DNA of 64,000 nucleotides from Eledone cirrhosa (lineage: Eukaryota). This document shows positions 41,201-55,100 of the stretch, in pieces (the first letter of the stretch is position 1; the number at the start of each line of letters is the position of its first letter). Made by a program: the position numbers and the translations under genes. Under the pieces are notes generated by a model. That model was not told the DNA's origin and ran no database searches. It saw only the letters and a list, made by a program, of their open reading frames with translations. The stretch lies in the NCBI GenBank assembly GCA_964016885.1, contig OZ024744.1, forward strand, positions 47,368,001 through 47,432,000, in the 5' to 3' direction.

Positions 41201-44200
41201 GTGTCTTTCACATGTCCACTTTACAATGTGGGCTGTGTGCTTCTTGCAGTGTCTTTCACACGTCCACTTTACAGTGTGGGCTGGGTGCTTTTTGCTGTGT
41301 CTTTCACATGTCCACTTTACAGTGTGGGCTGTGTGCTTTTTGCTGTGTCTTTCACATGTCCACTTTACAGTGTGGGCTGGGTGCTTTTTGCTGTGTCTTT
41401 CACATGTCCACTTTACAATGTGGGCTGGGTGCTTTTTGCTGTGTCTTTCACATGTCCACTTTACAATGTGGGCTGGGTGCTTTTTGCTGTGTCTTTCACA
41501 TGTCCACTTTACAGTGTGGGCTGGGTGCTTTTTGCTGTGTCTTTCACATGTCCACTTCACAGTGTGGACTGGGTACTTTTTGCTGTGTCTTTCACACGTC
41601 CACTTTACAGTTTGGGCTGGGTGCTTTTTGCTGTGTCTTTCACATGTCCACTTTACAGTGTGGGCTGGGTGCTTTTTGCTGTGTCTTTCACATGTCCACT
41701 TTACAGTGTGGGCTGGGTGCTTTTTGCTGTGTCTTTCACATGTCCACTTTACAGTGTGGGCTGGGTCCTTTTTGCTGTGTCTTTCACATGTCCACTTTAC
41801 AATGTGGGCTGGGTGCTTTTTGCTGTGTCTTTCACATGTCCACTCTATAGTGTGGGCTGGGTGCTTTTTGCAGTGTCTTTCACACGTCCACTTTACAGTG
41901 TGGGCTGGGTGCTTATTGCTGTGTCTTTCACATGTCCACTTTACAATGTGGGCTGGGTGCTTTTTGCTGTGTCTTTCACATGTCCACTTTACAGTGTGGG
42001 GTGTGTGATTCTTGCAGTGTCTTTCACACGTCCACTTTACAGTGTGGGCTGGGTGCTTTTTGCTGTGTCTTTCACATGTCCACTTTACAGTGTGGGCTGG
42101 GTGCTTTTTGCTGTGTCTTTCACATATCCACTTTACAGTGTGGGCTGGGTGCTTTTTGCTGAGTCTTTCACACGTCCACTTTACAGTGTGGGCTGGGTGC
42201 TTTTTGCTGTGTCTTTCACACGTCCACTTTACAGTGTGGGCTGGGTGCTTTTTGCTGTGTCTTTCACATGTCCACTTTACAATGTGGGCTGGGTGCTTTT
42301 TGCTGTGTCTTTCACATGTCCACTTTACAGTGTGGGCTGGATGCTTCTTGCAGTGTCTTTCACACGTCCACTTTACAGTGTGGGCTGGGTGCTTTTTGCT
42401 GTGTCTTTCACATGTCCACTTTATAGTGTGGGCTGGGTGCTTTTTGCAGTGTCTTTCACACGTCCACTTTACAGTGTGGGCTGGGTGCTTTTTGCTGTGT
42501 CTTTCATATGTCCACTTTACAATGTGGGCCGGGTGCTTTTTGCTGTGTCTTTCACATGTCCACTTTACAATGTGGGCTGTGTGCTTCTTGCAGTGTCTTT
42601 CACACGTCCACTTTACAGTGTGGGCTGGGTGCTTTTTGCTGTGTCTTTCACATGTCCACTTTACAGTGTGGGCTGGGTGCTTTTTGCTGTGTCTTTCACA
42701 TGTCCACTTTACAGTGTGGGCTGGGTGCTTTTTGCTGTGTCTTTCACATGTCCATTTTACAATGTGAGCTGGGTGCTTTTTGCTGTGTCTTTCACATGTC
42801 CACTTTACAGTGTGGGCTGGGTGCTTGTTGCTGTGTCTTTCTCACGTCCACTTTACAGTGTGTGCTGGGTGCTTTTTGCTGTGTCTTTCACATGTCCACT
42901 TTACAGTGCGGGCTAGGTGCTTTTTTCAGTGTCTTTCACACGTCCACTTTACATTGTGGGCTGGGTGCTTGTTGCTGTGTCTTTCTCACGTCCACTTTAC
43001 AGTGTGGGCTGGGTGCTTTTTGTTGTGTCTTTCACATGTCCACTTTACAGTGTGGGCTGGGTGCTTTTTTCAGTGTCTTTCACATGTCCACTTTACAGTG
43101 TGGGCTGGGCGCTTTTTGCAGTGTCTTTCAAACGTCAACTTTACAGTGTGGGCTGGGTGCTTTTTACTGTGTCTTTCACACGTCCACTTTACAGTGTGGG
43201 CTGGGTGCTTTTTGCTGTGTCTTTCACACGTCCACTTTACAGTGTGCGCTGGGTGCTTTTTGCTGTGTCTTTCACATGTCCACTTTACAATGTGGGCTGG
43301 GTGCTTTTTGCTGTGTCTTTCACATGTCCACTTTACAGTGTGGGCTGGATGCTTCTTGCAGTGTCTTTCACACGTCCACTTTACAGTGTGGGCTGGGTGC
43401 TTTTTGCTGTGTCTTTCACATGTCCACTTTATAGTGTGGGCTGGGTGCTTTTTGCAGTGTCTTTCACACGTCCACTTTACAGTGTGGGCTGGGTGCTTTT
43501 TGCTGTGTCTTTCACATGTCCACTTTACAATGTGGGCTGGGTGCTTTTTGCTGTGTCTTTCACATGTCCACTTTACAATGTGGGCTGTGTGCTTCTTGCA
43601 GTGTCTTTCACACGTCCACTTTACAGTGTGGGCTGGGTGCTTTTTGCTGTGTCTTTCACATGTCCACTTTACAGTGTGGGCTGGGTGCTTTTTGCTGTGT
43701 CTTTCACATGTCCACTTTACAGTGTGGGCTGGGTGCTTTTTGCTGTGTCTTTCACATGTCCATTTTACAATGTGAGCTGGGTGCTTTTTGCTGTGTCTTT
43801 CACATGTCCACTTTACAGTGTGGGCTGGGTGCTTGTTGCTGTGTCTTTCTCACGTCCACTTTACAGTGTGGGCTGGGTGCTTTTTGCTGTGTCTTTCACA
43901 TGTCCACTTTACAGTGCGGGCTAGGTGCTTTTTTCAGTGTCTTTCACACGTCCACTTTACATTGTGGGCTGGGTGCTTGTTGCTGTGTCTTTCTCACGTC
44001 CACTTTACAGTGTGGGCTGGGTGCTTTTTGCTGTGTCTTTCACATGTCCACTTTACAGTGTGGGCTGGGTGCTTTTTTCAGTGTCTTTCACATGTCCACT
44101 TTACAGTGTGGGCTGGGCGCTTTTTGCAGTGTCTTTCACACGTCCACTTTACAGTGTGGGCTGGGTGCTTTTTGCTGTGTCTTTCACATGTCCACTTTAC

Positions 44201-47200
44201 AGTGTGGGCTGTGTGCTTTTTGCAGTGTCTTTCACACGTCAACTTTACAGTGTGGGCTGGGTGCTTTTTGCTGTGTCTTTCACATGTCCACTTTACAGTG
44301 TGGGCTGTGTGCTTTTTGCAGTGTCTTTCACACGTCAACTTTACAGTGTGGGCTGGGTGCTTTTTGCTGTGTCTTTCACATGTCTATTTCACAATGTGGG
44401 TTGGGTGCTTTTTGCTGTATCTTTCAAATGTCCACTTTACAATGTGGGCTGGGTGCTTTTTGCTGTGTCTTTCACGTGTCCACTTTACAGTGTGGGCTGG
44501 ATGCTTCTTGCAGTGTCTTTCACACGTCCACTTTACAGTGTGGGCTGGGTGCTTTTTGCTGTGTCTTTCACATGTCCACTTTATAGTGTGGGCTGGGTGC
44601 TTTTTGCAGTGTCTTTCACACGTCCACTTTACAGTGTGGGCTGGGTGCTTTTTGCTGTGTCTTTCACATGTCCACTTTACAATGTGGGCTGGGTGCTTTT
44701 TACTGTGTCTTTCAAATGTCCACTTTACAATGTGGGCTGTGTGCTTCTTGCAGTGTCTTTCACACGTCCACTTTACAGTGTGGGCTGGGTGCTTTTTGCT
44801 GTGTCTTTCACATGTCCACTTTACAGTGTGGGCTGGGTGCTTTTTGCTGTGTCTTTCACATGTCCACTTTACAGTGTGGGCTGGGTGCTTTTTTGCTGTT
44901 TCTTTCACATGTCCATTTTACAATGTGAGCTGGGTGCTTTTTGCTGTGTCTTTCACATGTCCACTTTACAGTGTGGGCTGGGTACTTTTTGCTGTGTCTT
45001 TCACACGTCCACCTTACAGTTTGGGCTGGGTGCTTTTTGCTGTGTCTTTCACATGTCCACTTTACAATGTGGGCTGGGTGCTTTTTGCTGTGTCTTTCAC
45101 ATGTCCACTTTACAATGTGGGCTGGGTGCTTTTTGCTGTGTCTTTCACATGTCCACTTTACAGTGTGGGCTGGATGCTTCTTGCAGTGTCTTTCACACGT
45201 CCACTTTACAGTGTGGGCTGGGTGCTTTTTGCTGTGTTTTTCACATGTCCACTTTATAGTGTGGGCTGGGTGCTTTTTGCAGTGTCTTTCACACGTCCAC
45301 TTTACAGTGTGGGCTGGGTGCTTTTTGCTGTGTCTTTCACATGTCCACTTTACAATGTGGGCTGGGTGCTTTTTGCTGTGTCTTTCACATGTCCACTTTA
45401 CAATGTGGGCTGTGTGCTTCTTGCAGTGTCTTTCACACGTCCACTTTACAGTGTGGGCTGGGTGCTTTTTGCTGTGTCTTTCACATGTCCACTTTACAGT
45501 GTGGGCTGGGTGCTTTTTGCTGTGTCTTTCACATGTCCACTTTACAGTGTGGGCTGGGTGCTTTTTGCTGTGTCTTTCACATGTCCATTTTACAATGTGA
45601 GCTGGGTGCTTTTTGCTGTGTCTTTCACATGTCCACTTTACAGTGTGGGCTGGGTGCTTGTTGCTGTGTCTTTCTCACGTCCACTTTACAGTGTGGGCTG
45701 GGTGCTTTTTGCTGTGTCTTTCACATGTCCACTTTACATTGTGGGCTGGGTGCTTGTTGCTGTGTCTTTCTCACGTCCACTTTACAGTGTGGGCTGGGTG
45801 CTTTTTGCTGTGTCTTTCACATGTCCACTTTACAGTGTGGGCTGGGTGCTTTTTTCAGTGTCTTTCACATGTCCACTTTACAGTGTGGGCTGGGCGCTTT
45901 TTGCAGTGTCTTTCTCACGTCCACTTTACAGTGTGGGCTGGGTGCTTTTTGTTGTGTCTTTCACATGTCCACTTTACAGTGTGGGCTGGGTGCTTTTTTC
46001 AGTGTCTTTCACATGTCCACTTTACAGTGTGGGCTGGGCGCTTTTTGCAGTGTCTTTCAAACGTCAACTTTACAGTGTGGGCTGGGTGCTTTTTACTGTG
46101 TCTTTCACACGTCCACTTTACAGTGTGGGCTGGGTGCTTTTTGCTGTGTCTTTCACACGTCCACTTTACAGTGTGCGCTGGGTGCTTTTTGCTGTGTCTT
46201 TCACATGTCCACTTTACAATGTGGGCTGGGTGCTTTTTGCTGTGTCTTTCACATGTCCACTTTACAGTGTGGGCTGGATGCTTCTTGCAGTGTCTTTCAC
46301 ACGTCCACTTTACAGTGTGGGCTGGGTGCTTTTTGCTGTGTCTTTCACATGTCCACTTTATAGTGTGGGCTGGGTGCTTTTTGCAGTGTCTTTCACACGT
46401 CCACTTTACAGTGTGGGCTGGGTGCTTTTTGCTGTGTCTTTCACATGTCCACTTTACAATGTGGGCTGGGTGCTTTTTGCTGTGTCTTTCACATGTCCAC
46501 TTTACAATGTGGGCTGTGTGCTTCTTGCAGTGTCTTTCACACGTCCACTTTACAGTGTGGGCTGGGTGCTTTTTGCTGTGTCTTTCACATGTCCACTTTA
46601 CAGTGTGGGCTGTGTGCTTTTTGCTGTGTCTTTCACATGTCCACTTTACAGTGTGGGCTGGGTGCTTTTTGCTGTGTCTTTCACATGTCCACTTTACAAT
46701 GTGGGCTGGGTGCTTTTTGCTGTGTCTTTCACATGTCCACTTTACAATGTGGGCTGGGTGCTTTTTGCTGTGTCTTTCACATGTCCACTTTACAGTGTGG
46801 GCTGGGTGCTTTTTGCTGTGTCTTTCACATGTCCACTTCACAGTGTGGACTGGGTACTTTTTGCTGTGTCTTTCACACGTCCACTTTACAGTTTGGGCTG
46901 GGTGCTTTTTGCTGTGTCTTTCACATGTCCACTTTACAGTGTGGGCTGGGTGCTTTTTGCTGTGTCTTTCACATGTCCACTTTACAGTGTGGGCTGGGTG
47001 CTTTTTGCTGTGTCTTTCACATGTCCACTTTACAGTGTGGGCTGGGTCCTTTTTGCTGTGTCTTTCACATGTCCACTTTACAATGTGGGCTGGGTGCTTT
47101 TTGCTGTGTCTTTCACATGTCCACTCTATAGTGTGGGCTGGGTGCTTTTTGCAGTGTCTTTCACACGTCCACTTTACAGTGTGGGCTGGGTGCTTATTGC

Positions 47201-50200
47201 TGTGTCTTTCACATGTCCACTTTACAATGTGGGCTGGGTGCTTTTTGCTGTGTCTTTCACATGTCCACTTTACAGTGTGGGGTGTGTGATTCTTGCAGTG
47301 TCTTTCACACGTCCACTTTACAGTGTGGGCTGGGTGCTTTTTGCTGTGTCTTTCACATGTCCACTTTACAGTGTGGGCTGGGTGCTTTTTGCTGTGTCTT
47401 TCACATATCCACTTTACAGTGTGGGCTGGGTGCTTTTTGCTGAGTCTTTCACACGTCCACTTTACAGTGTGGGCTGGGTGCTTTTTGCTGTGTCTTTCAC
47501 ACGTCCACTTTACAGTGTGGGCTGGGTGCTTTTTGCTGTGTCTTTCACATGTCCACTTTACAATGTGGGCTGGGTGCTTTTTGCTGTGTCTTTCACATGT
47601 CCACTTTACAGTGTGGGCTGGATGCTTCTTGCAGTGTCTTTCACACGTCCACTTTACAGTGTGGGCTGGGTGCTTTTTGCTGTGTCTTTCACATGTCCAC
47701 TTTATAGTGTGGGCTGGGTGCTTTTTGCAGTGTCTTTCACACGTCCACTTTACAGTGTGGGCTGGGTGCTTTTTGCTGTGTCTTTCATATGTCCACTTTA
47801 CAATGTGGGCCGGGTGCTTTTTGCTGTGTCTTTCACATGTCCACTTTACAATGTGGGCTGTGTGCTTCTTGCAGTGTCTTTCACACGTCCACTTTACAGT
47901 GTGGGCTGGGTGCTTTTTGCTGTGTCTTTCACATGTCCACTTTACAGTGTGGGCTGGGTGCTTTTTGCTGTGTCTTTCACATGTCCACTTTACAGTGTGG
48001 GCTGGGTGCTTTTTGCTGTGTCTTTCACATGTCCATTTTACAATGTGAGCTGGGTGCTTTTTGCTGTGTCTTTCACATGTCCACTTTACAGTGTGGGCTG
48101 GGTGCTTGTTGCTGTGTCTTTCTCACGTCCACTTTACAGTGTGTGCTGGGTGCTTTTTGCTGTGTCTTTCACATGTCCACTTTACAGTGCGGGCTAGGTG
48201 CTTTTTTCAGTGTCTTTCACACGTCCACTTTACATTGTGGGCTGGGTGCTTGTTGCTGTGTCTTTCTCACGTCCACTTTACAGTGTGGGCTGGGTGCTTT
48301 TTGTTGTGTCTTTCACATGTCCACTTTACAGTGTGGGCTGGGTGCTTTTTTCAGTGTCTTTCACATGTCCACTTTACAGTGTGGGCTGGGCGCTTTTTGC
48401 AGTGTCTTTCAAACGTCAACTTTACAGTGTGGGCTGGGTGCTTTTTACTGTGTCTTTCACACGTCCACTTTACAGTGTGGGCTGGGTGCTTTTTGCTGTG
48501 TCTTTCACACGTCCACTTTACAGTGTGCGCTGGGTGCTTTTTGCTGTGTCTTTCACATGTCCACTTTACAATGTGGGCTGGGTGCTTTTTGCTGTGTCTT
48601 TCACATGTCCACTTTACAGTGTGGGCTGGATGCTTCTTGCAGTGTCTTTCACACGTCCACTTTACAGTGTGGGCTGGGTGCTTTTTGCTGTGTCTTTCAC
48701 ATGTCCACTTTATAGTGTGGGCTGGGTGCTTTTTGCAGTGTCTTTCACACGTCCACTTTACAGTGTGGGCTGGGTGCTTTTTGCTGTGTCTTTCACATGT
48801 CCACTTTACAATGTGGGCTGGGTGCTTTTTGCTGTGTCTTTCACATGTCCACTTTACAATGTGGGCTGTGTGCTTCTTGCAGTGTCTTTCACACGTCCAC
48901 TTTACAGTGTGGGCTGGGTGCTTTTTGCTGTGTCTTTCACATGTCCACTTTACAGTGTGGGCTGGGTGCTTTTTGCTGTGTCTTTCACATGTCCACTTTA
49001 CAGTGTGGGCTGGGTGCTTTTTGCTGTGTCTTTCACATGTCCATTTTACAATGTGAGCTGGGTGCTTTTTGCTGTGTCTTTCACATGTCCACTTTACAGT
49101 GTGGGCTGGGTGCTTGTTGCTGTGTCTTTCTCACGTCCACTTTACAGTGTGGGCTGGGTGCTTTTTGCTGTGTCTTTCACATATCCACTTTACAGTGCGG
49201 GCTAGGTGCTTTTTTCAGTGTCTTTCACACGTCCACTTTACATTGTGGGCTGGGTGCTTGTTGCTGTGTCTTTCTCACGTCCACTTTACAGTGTGGGCTG
49301 GGTGCTTTTTGCTGTGTCTTTCACATGTCCACTTTACAGTGTGGGCTGGGTGCTTTTTTCAGTGTCTTTCACATGTCCACTTTACAGTGTGGGCTGGGCG
49401 CTTTTTGCAGTGTCTTTCAAACGTCAACTTTACAGTGTGGGCTGGGTGCTTTTTACTGTGTCTTTCACATGTCCACTTTACAGTGTGGGCTGTGTGCTTG
49501 TTGCTGTGTATTTCTCACGTCCACTTTACAGTGTGGGCTGGGTGCTTTTTGCTGTGTCTTTCACATGTCCACTTTACAGTGTGGGCTGGGTGCTTTTTTC
49601 AGTGTCTTTCACACGTCCACTTTACAGTGTGGGCTGGGTGCTTTTTGTTGTGTCTTTCTCACGTCCACTTTACAGTGTGGGCTGGGTGCTTTTTGCTGTG
49701 TCTTTCACATGTCCACCTTACAGTGTGGGCTGGGTGCTTTTTGCTGTGTCTTTCACATGTCCACTTTACAGTGTGGGCTGGGTGCTTTTTGCTGTGTCTT
49801 TCACATGTCCACTTCACAGTGTGGGCTGGGTGCTTTTTGCTGTGTCTTTCACATGTCCACTTTACAGTGTGGGCTGGGTGCTTTTTGCTGTGTCTTTCAC
49901 ATGTCCACTTTACAGTGTGGGCTGGGTGCTTTTTGCTGTGTCTTTCACATGTCCACTTTACAGTGTGGGCTGGGTGCTTTTTGCTGTTTCTTTCACATGT
50001 CCACTTTACAATGTGGGCTGGGTGCTTTTTGCTGTGTCTTTCACATGTCCACTTTACAATGTGGGCTGGGTGCTTTTTGCTGTGTCTTTCACATGTCCAC
50101 TTTACAGTGTGGGCTGGGTGCTTTTTGCTGTGTCTTTCACATGTCCACTTTACAGTGTGGGCTGGGTGCTTTTTGCTGTGTCTTTCACATGTCCACTTTA

Positions 50201-52105
50201 CAGTGTGGGCTGGGTGCTTTTTGCAGTGTCTTTCACACGTCCACTTTACAGTGTGGGCTGGGTGCTTTTTGCTGTGTCTTTCACATGTCCACTTTACAGT
50301 GTGGGCTGTGTGCTTTTTGCAGTGTCTTTCACACGTCAACTTTACAGTGTGGGCTGGGTGCTTTTTGCTGTGTCTTTCACATGTCCACTTTACAGTGTGG
50401 GCTGTGTGCTTTTTGCAGTGTCTTTCACACGTCAACTTTACAGTGTCGGCTGGGTGCTTTTTGCTGTGTCTTTCACATGTCTATTTCACAATGTGGGTTG
50501 GGTGCTTTTTGCTGTATCTTTCAAATGTCCACTTTACAATGTGGGCTGGGTGCTTTTTGCTGTGTCTTTCACGTGTCCACTTTACAGTGTGGGCTGGATG
50601 CTTCTTGCAGTGTCTTTCACACGTCCACTTTACAGTGTGGGCTGGGTGCTTTTTGCTGTGTCTTTCACATGTCCACTTTATAGTGTGGGCTGGGTGCTTT
50701 TTGCAGTGTCTTTCACACGTCCACTTTACAGTGTGGGCTGGGTGCTTTTTGCTGTGTCTTTCACATGTCCACTTTACAATGTGGGCTGGGTGCTTTTTAC
50801 TGTGTCTTTCAAATGTCCACTTTACAATGTGGGCTGTGTGCTTCTTGCAGTGTCTTTCACACGTCCACTTTACAGTGTGGGCTGGGTGCTTTTTGCTGTG
50901 TCTTTCACATGTCCACTTTACAGTGTGGGCTGGGTGCTTTTTGCTGTGTCTTTCACATGTCCACTTTACAGTGTGGGCTGGGTGCTTTTTTGCTGTTTCT
51001 TTCACATGTCCATTTTACAATGTGAGCTGGGTGCTTTTTGCTGTGTCTTTCACATGTCCACTTTACAGTGTGGGCTGGGTGCTTGTTGCTGTGTCTTTCT
51101 CACGTCCACTTTACAGTGTGGGCTGGGTGCTTTTTGCTGTGTCTTTCACATGTCCACTTTACAGTGCGGGCTAGGTGCTTTTTTCAGTGTCTTTCACACG
51201 TCCACTTTACATTGTGGGCTGGGTGCTTGTTGCTGTGTCTTTCACACGTCCACTTTACAGTGTGGGCTGGGTGCTTTTTGCTGTGTCTTTCACATGTCCA
51301 CTTTACAATGTGGGCTGGGTGCTTTTTGCTGTGTCTTTCACATGTCCACTTTACAGTGTGGGCTGGATGCTTCTTGCAGTGTCTTTCACACGTCCACTTT
51401 ACAGTGTGGGCTGGGTGCTTTTTGCTGTGTCTTTCACATGTCCACTTTATAGTGTGGGCTGGGTGCTTTTTGCAGTGTCTTTCACACGTCCACTTTACAG
51501 TGTGGGCTGGGTGCTTTTTGCTGTGTCTTTCACATGTCCACTTTACAATGTGGGCTGGGTGCTTTTTGCTGTGTCTTTCACATGTCCACTTTACAATGTG
51601 GGCTGTGTGCTTCTTGCAGTGTCTTTCACACGTCCACTTTACAGTGTGGGCTGGGTGCTTTTTGCTGTGTCTTTCACATGTCCACTTTACAGTGTGGGCT
51701 GGGTGCTTTTTGCTGTGTCTTTCACATGTCCACTTTACAGTGTGGGCTGGGTGCTTTTTGCTGTGTCTTTCACATGTCCATTTTACAATGTGAGCTGGGT
51801 GCTTTTTGCTGTGTCTTTCACATGTCCACTTTACAGTGTGGGCTGGGTGCTTGTTGCTGTGTCTTTCTCACGTCCACTTTACAGTGTGGGCTGGGTGCTT
51901 TTTGCTGTGTCTTTCACATGTCCACTTTACATTGTGGGCTGGGTGCTTGTTGCTGTGTCTTTCTCACGTCCACTTTACAGTGTGGGCTGGGTGCTTTTTG
52001 CTGTGTCTTGCACATGTCCACTTTACAGTGTGGGCTGGGTGCTTTTTTCAGTGTCTTTCACATGTCCACTTTACAGTGTGGGCTGGGCGCTTTTTGCAGT
52101 GTCTT
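29200..52105. repeat. Higher-order repeat domain C, including three tandem copies of an approximately 6.2-kb (129-mer) unit at about 34.4-52.1 kb
   Basis: The marker GGGGTGTGTGATTCTT (TGA ending at 30150, 33463, 35815, 42008, 47289) has spacings 3313, 2352, 6193 and 5281 bp. Matching ORF-track entries are offset by 6193, 5281 and 11474 bp (e.g. 34525/40718/45999; 37323/48797). Confidence 0.88.
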
Positions 52106-55100
52106 TCAAACGTCAACTTTACAGTGTGGGCTGGGTGCTTTTTACTGTGTCTTTCACATGTCCACTTTACAGTGTGGGCTGTGTGCTTGTTGCTGTGTAT
52201 TTCTCACGTCCACTTTACAGTGTGGGCTGGGTGATTTTTGCTGTGTCTTTCACATGTCCACTTTACAGTGTGGGCTGGGTGCTTTTTTCAGTGTCTTTCA
52301 CACGTCCACTTTACAGTGTGGGCTGGGTGCTTTTTGTTGTGTCTTTCTCACGTCCACTTTACAGTGTGGGCTGGGTGCTTTTTGCTGTGTCTTTCACATG
52401 TCCACTTTACAGTGTGGGCTGGGTGCTTTTTGCTGTGTCTTTCACATGTCCACTTTACAGTGTGGGCTGGGTGCTTTTTGCTGTGTCTTTCACATGTCCA
52501 CTTCACAGTGTGGGCTGGGTGCTTTTTGCTGTGTCTTTCACATGTCCACTTTACAGTGTGGGCTGGGTCCTTTTTGCTGTGTCTTTCACATGTCCACTTT
52601 ACAGTGTGGGCTGGGTGCTTTTTGCTGTGTCTTTCACATGTCCACTTTACAATGTGGGCTGGGTGCTTTTTGCTGTGTCTTTCACATGTCCACTTTACAA
52701 TGTGGGCTGGGTGCTTTTTGCTGTGTCTTTCACATGTCCACTTTACAGTGTGGGCTGGGTGCTTTTTGCTGTGTCTTTCACATGTCCACTTTACAGTGTG
52801 GGCTGGGTGCTTTTTGCTGTGTCTTTCACATGTCCACTTTACAGTGTGGGCTGGGTGCTTGTTGCTGTGTCTTTCTCACGTCCACTTTACAGTGTGGGCT
52901 GGGTGCTTTTTGCTGTGTCTTTCACATGTCCACTTTACATTGTGGGCTGGGTGCTTGTTGCTGTGTCTTTCTCACGTCCACTTTACAGTGTGGGCTGGGT
53001 GCTTTTTGCTGTGTCTTTCACATGTCCACTTTACAGTGTGGGCTGGGTGCTTTTTTCAGTGTCTTTCACATGTCCACTTTACAGTGTGGGCTGGGCGCTT
53101 TTTGCAGTGTCTTTCAAACGTCAACTTTACAGTGTGGGCTGGGTGCTTTTTACTGTGTCTTTCACATGTCCACTTTACAGTGTGGGCTGTGTGCTTGTTG
53201 CTGTGTATTTCTCACGTCCACTTTACAGTGTGGGCTGGGTGATTTTTGCTGTGTCTTTCACATGTCCACTTTACAGTGTGGGCTGGGTGCTTTTTTCAGT
53301 GTCTTTCACACGTCCACTTTACAGTGTGGGCTGGGTGCTTTTTGTTGTGTCTTTCTCACGTCCACTTTACAGTGTGGGCTGGGTGCTTTTTGCTGTGTCT
53401 TTCACATGTCCACTTTACAGTGTGGGCTGGGTGCTTTTTGCTGTGTCTTTCACATGTCCACTTTACAGTGTGGGCTGGGTGCTTTTTGCTGTGTCTTTCA
53501 CATGTCCACTTCACAGTGTGGGCTGGGTGCTTTTTGCTGTGTCTTTCACATGTCCACTTTACAGTGTGGGCTGGGTGCTTTTTGCTGTGTCTTTCACATG
53601 TCCACTTTACAGTGTGGGCTGGGTCCTTTTTGCTGTGTCTTTCACATGTCCACTTTACAGTGTGGGCTGGGTGCTTTTTGCTGTGTCTTTCACATGTCCA
53701 CTTTACAATGTGGGCTGGGTGCTTTTTGCTGTGTCTTTCACATGTCCACTTTACAATGTGGGCTGGGTGCTTTTTGCTGTGTCTTTCACATGTCCACTTT
53801 ACAGTGTGGGCTGGGTGCTTTTTGCTGTGTCTTTCACATGTCCACTTTACAGTGTGGGCTGGGTGCTTTTTGCTGTGTCTTTCACATGTCCACTTTACAG
53901 TGTGGGCTGGGTGCTTTTTGCAGTGTCTTTCACACGTCCACTTTACAGTGTGGGCTGGGTGCTTTTTGCAGTGTCTTTCACACGTCAACTTTACAGTGTG
54001 GGCTGGGTGCTTTTTGCTGTGTCTTTCACATGTCCACTTTACAGTGTGGGCTGTGTGCTTTTTGCAGTGTCTTTCACACGTCAACTTTACAGTGTGGGCT
54101 GGGTGCTTTTTGCTGTGTCTTTCACATGTCTATTTCACAATGTGGGCTGGGTGCTTTTTGCTGTATCTTTCAAATGTCCACTTTACAATGTGGGCTGGGT
54201 GCTTTTTGCTGTGTCTTTCACGTGTCCACTTTACAGTGTGGGCTGGATGCTTCTTGCAGTGTCTTTCACACGTCCACTTTACAGTGTGGGCTGGGTGCTT
54301 TTTGCTGTGTCTTTCACATGTCCACTTTATAGTGTGGGCTGGGTGCTTTTTGCAGTGTCTTTCACACGTCCACTTTACAGTGTGGGCTGGGTGCTTTTTG
54401 CTGTGTCTTTCACATGTCCACTTTACAATGTGGGCTGGGTGCTTTTTACTGTGTCTTTCAAATGTCCACTTTACAATGTAGGCTGTGTGCTTCTTGCAGT
54501 GTCTTTCACACGTCCACTTTACAGTGTGGGCTGGGTGCTTTTTGCTGTGTCTTTCACATGTCCACTTTACAGTGTGGGCTGGGTGCTTTTTGCTGTGTCT
54601 TTCACATGTCCACTTTACAGTGTGGGCTGGGTGCTTTTTGCTGTTTCTTTCACATGTCCATTTTACAATGTGAGCTGGATGCTTTTTGCTCTGTCTTTCA
54701 CATGTCCACTTTACAGTGTGGGCTGGGTGCTTGTTGCTGTGTCTTTCTCACGTCCACTTTACAGTGTGGGCTGGGTGCTTTTTGCTGTGTCTTTCACATG
54801 TCCACTTTACAGTGCGGGCTAGGTGCTTTTTTCAGTGTCTTTCACACGTCCACTTTACATTGTGGGCTGGGTGCTTGTTGCTGTGTCTTTCTCACGTCCA
54901 CTTTACAGTGTGAGCTGGGTGCTTTTTGCTGTGTCTTTCACATGTCCACTTTACAGTGTGGGCTGGGTGCTTTTTTCAGTGTCTTTCACATGTCCACTTT
55001 ACAGTGTGGGCTGGGCGCTTTTTGCAGTGTCTTTCAAACGTCAACTTTACAGTGTGGGCTGGGTGCTTTTTACTGTGTCTTTCACATGTCCACTTTACAG

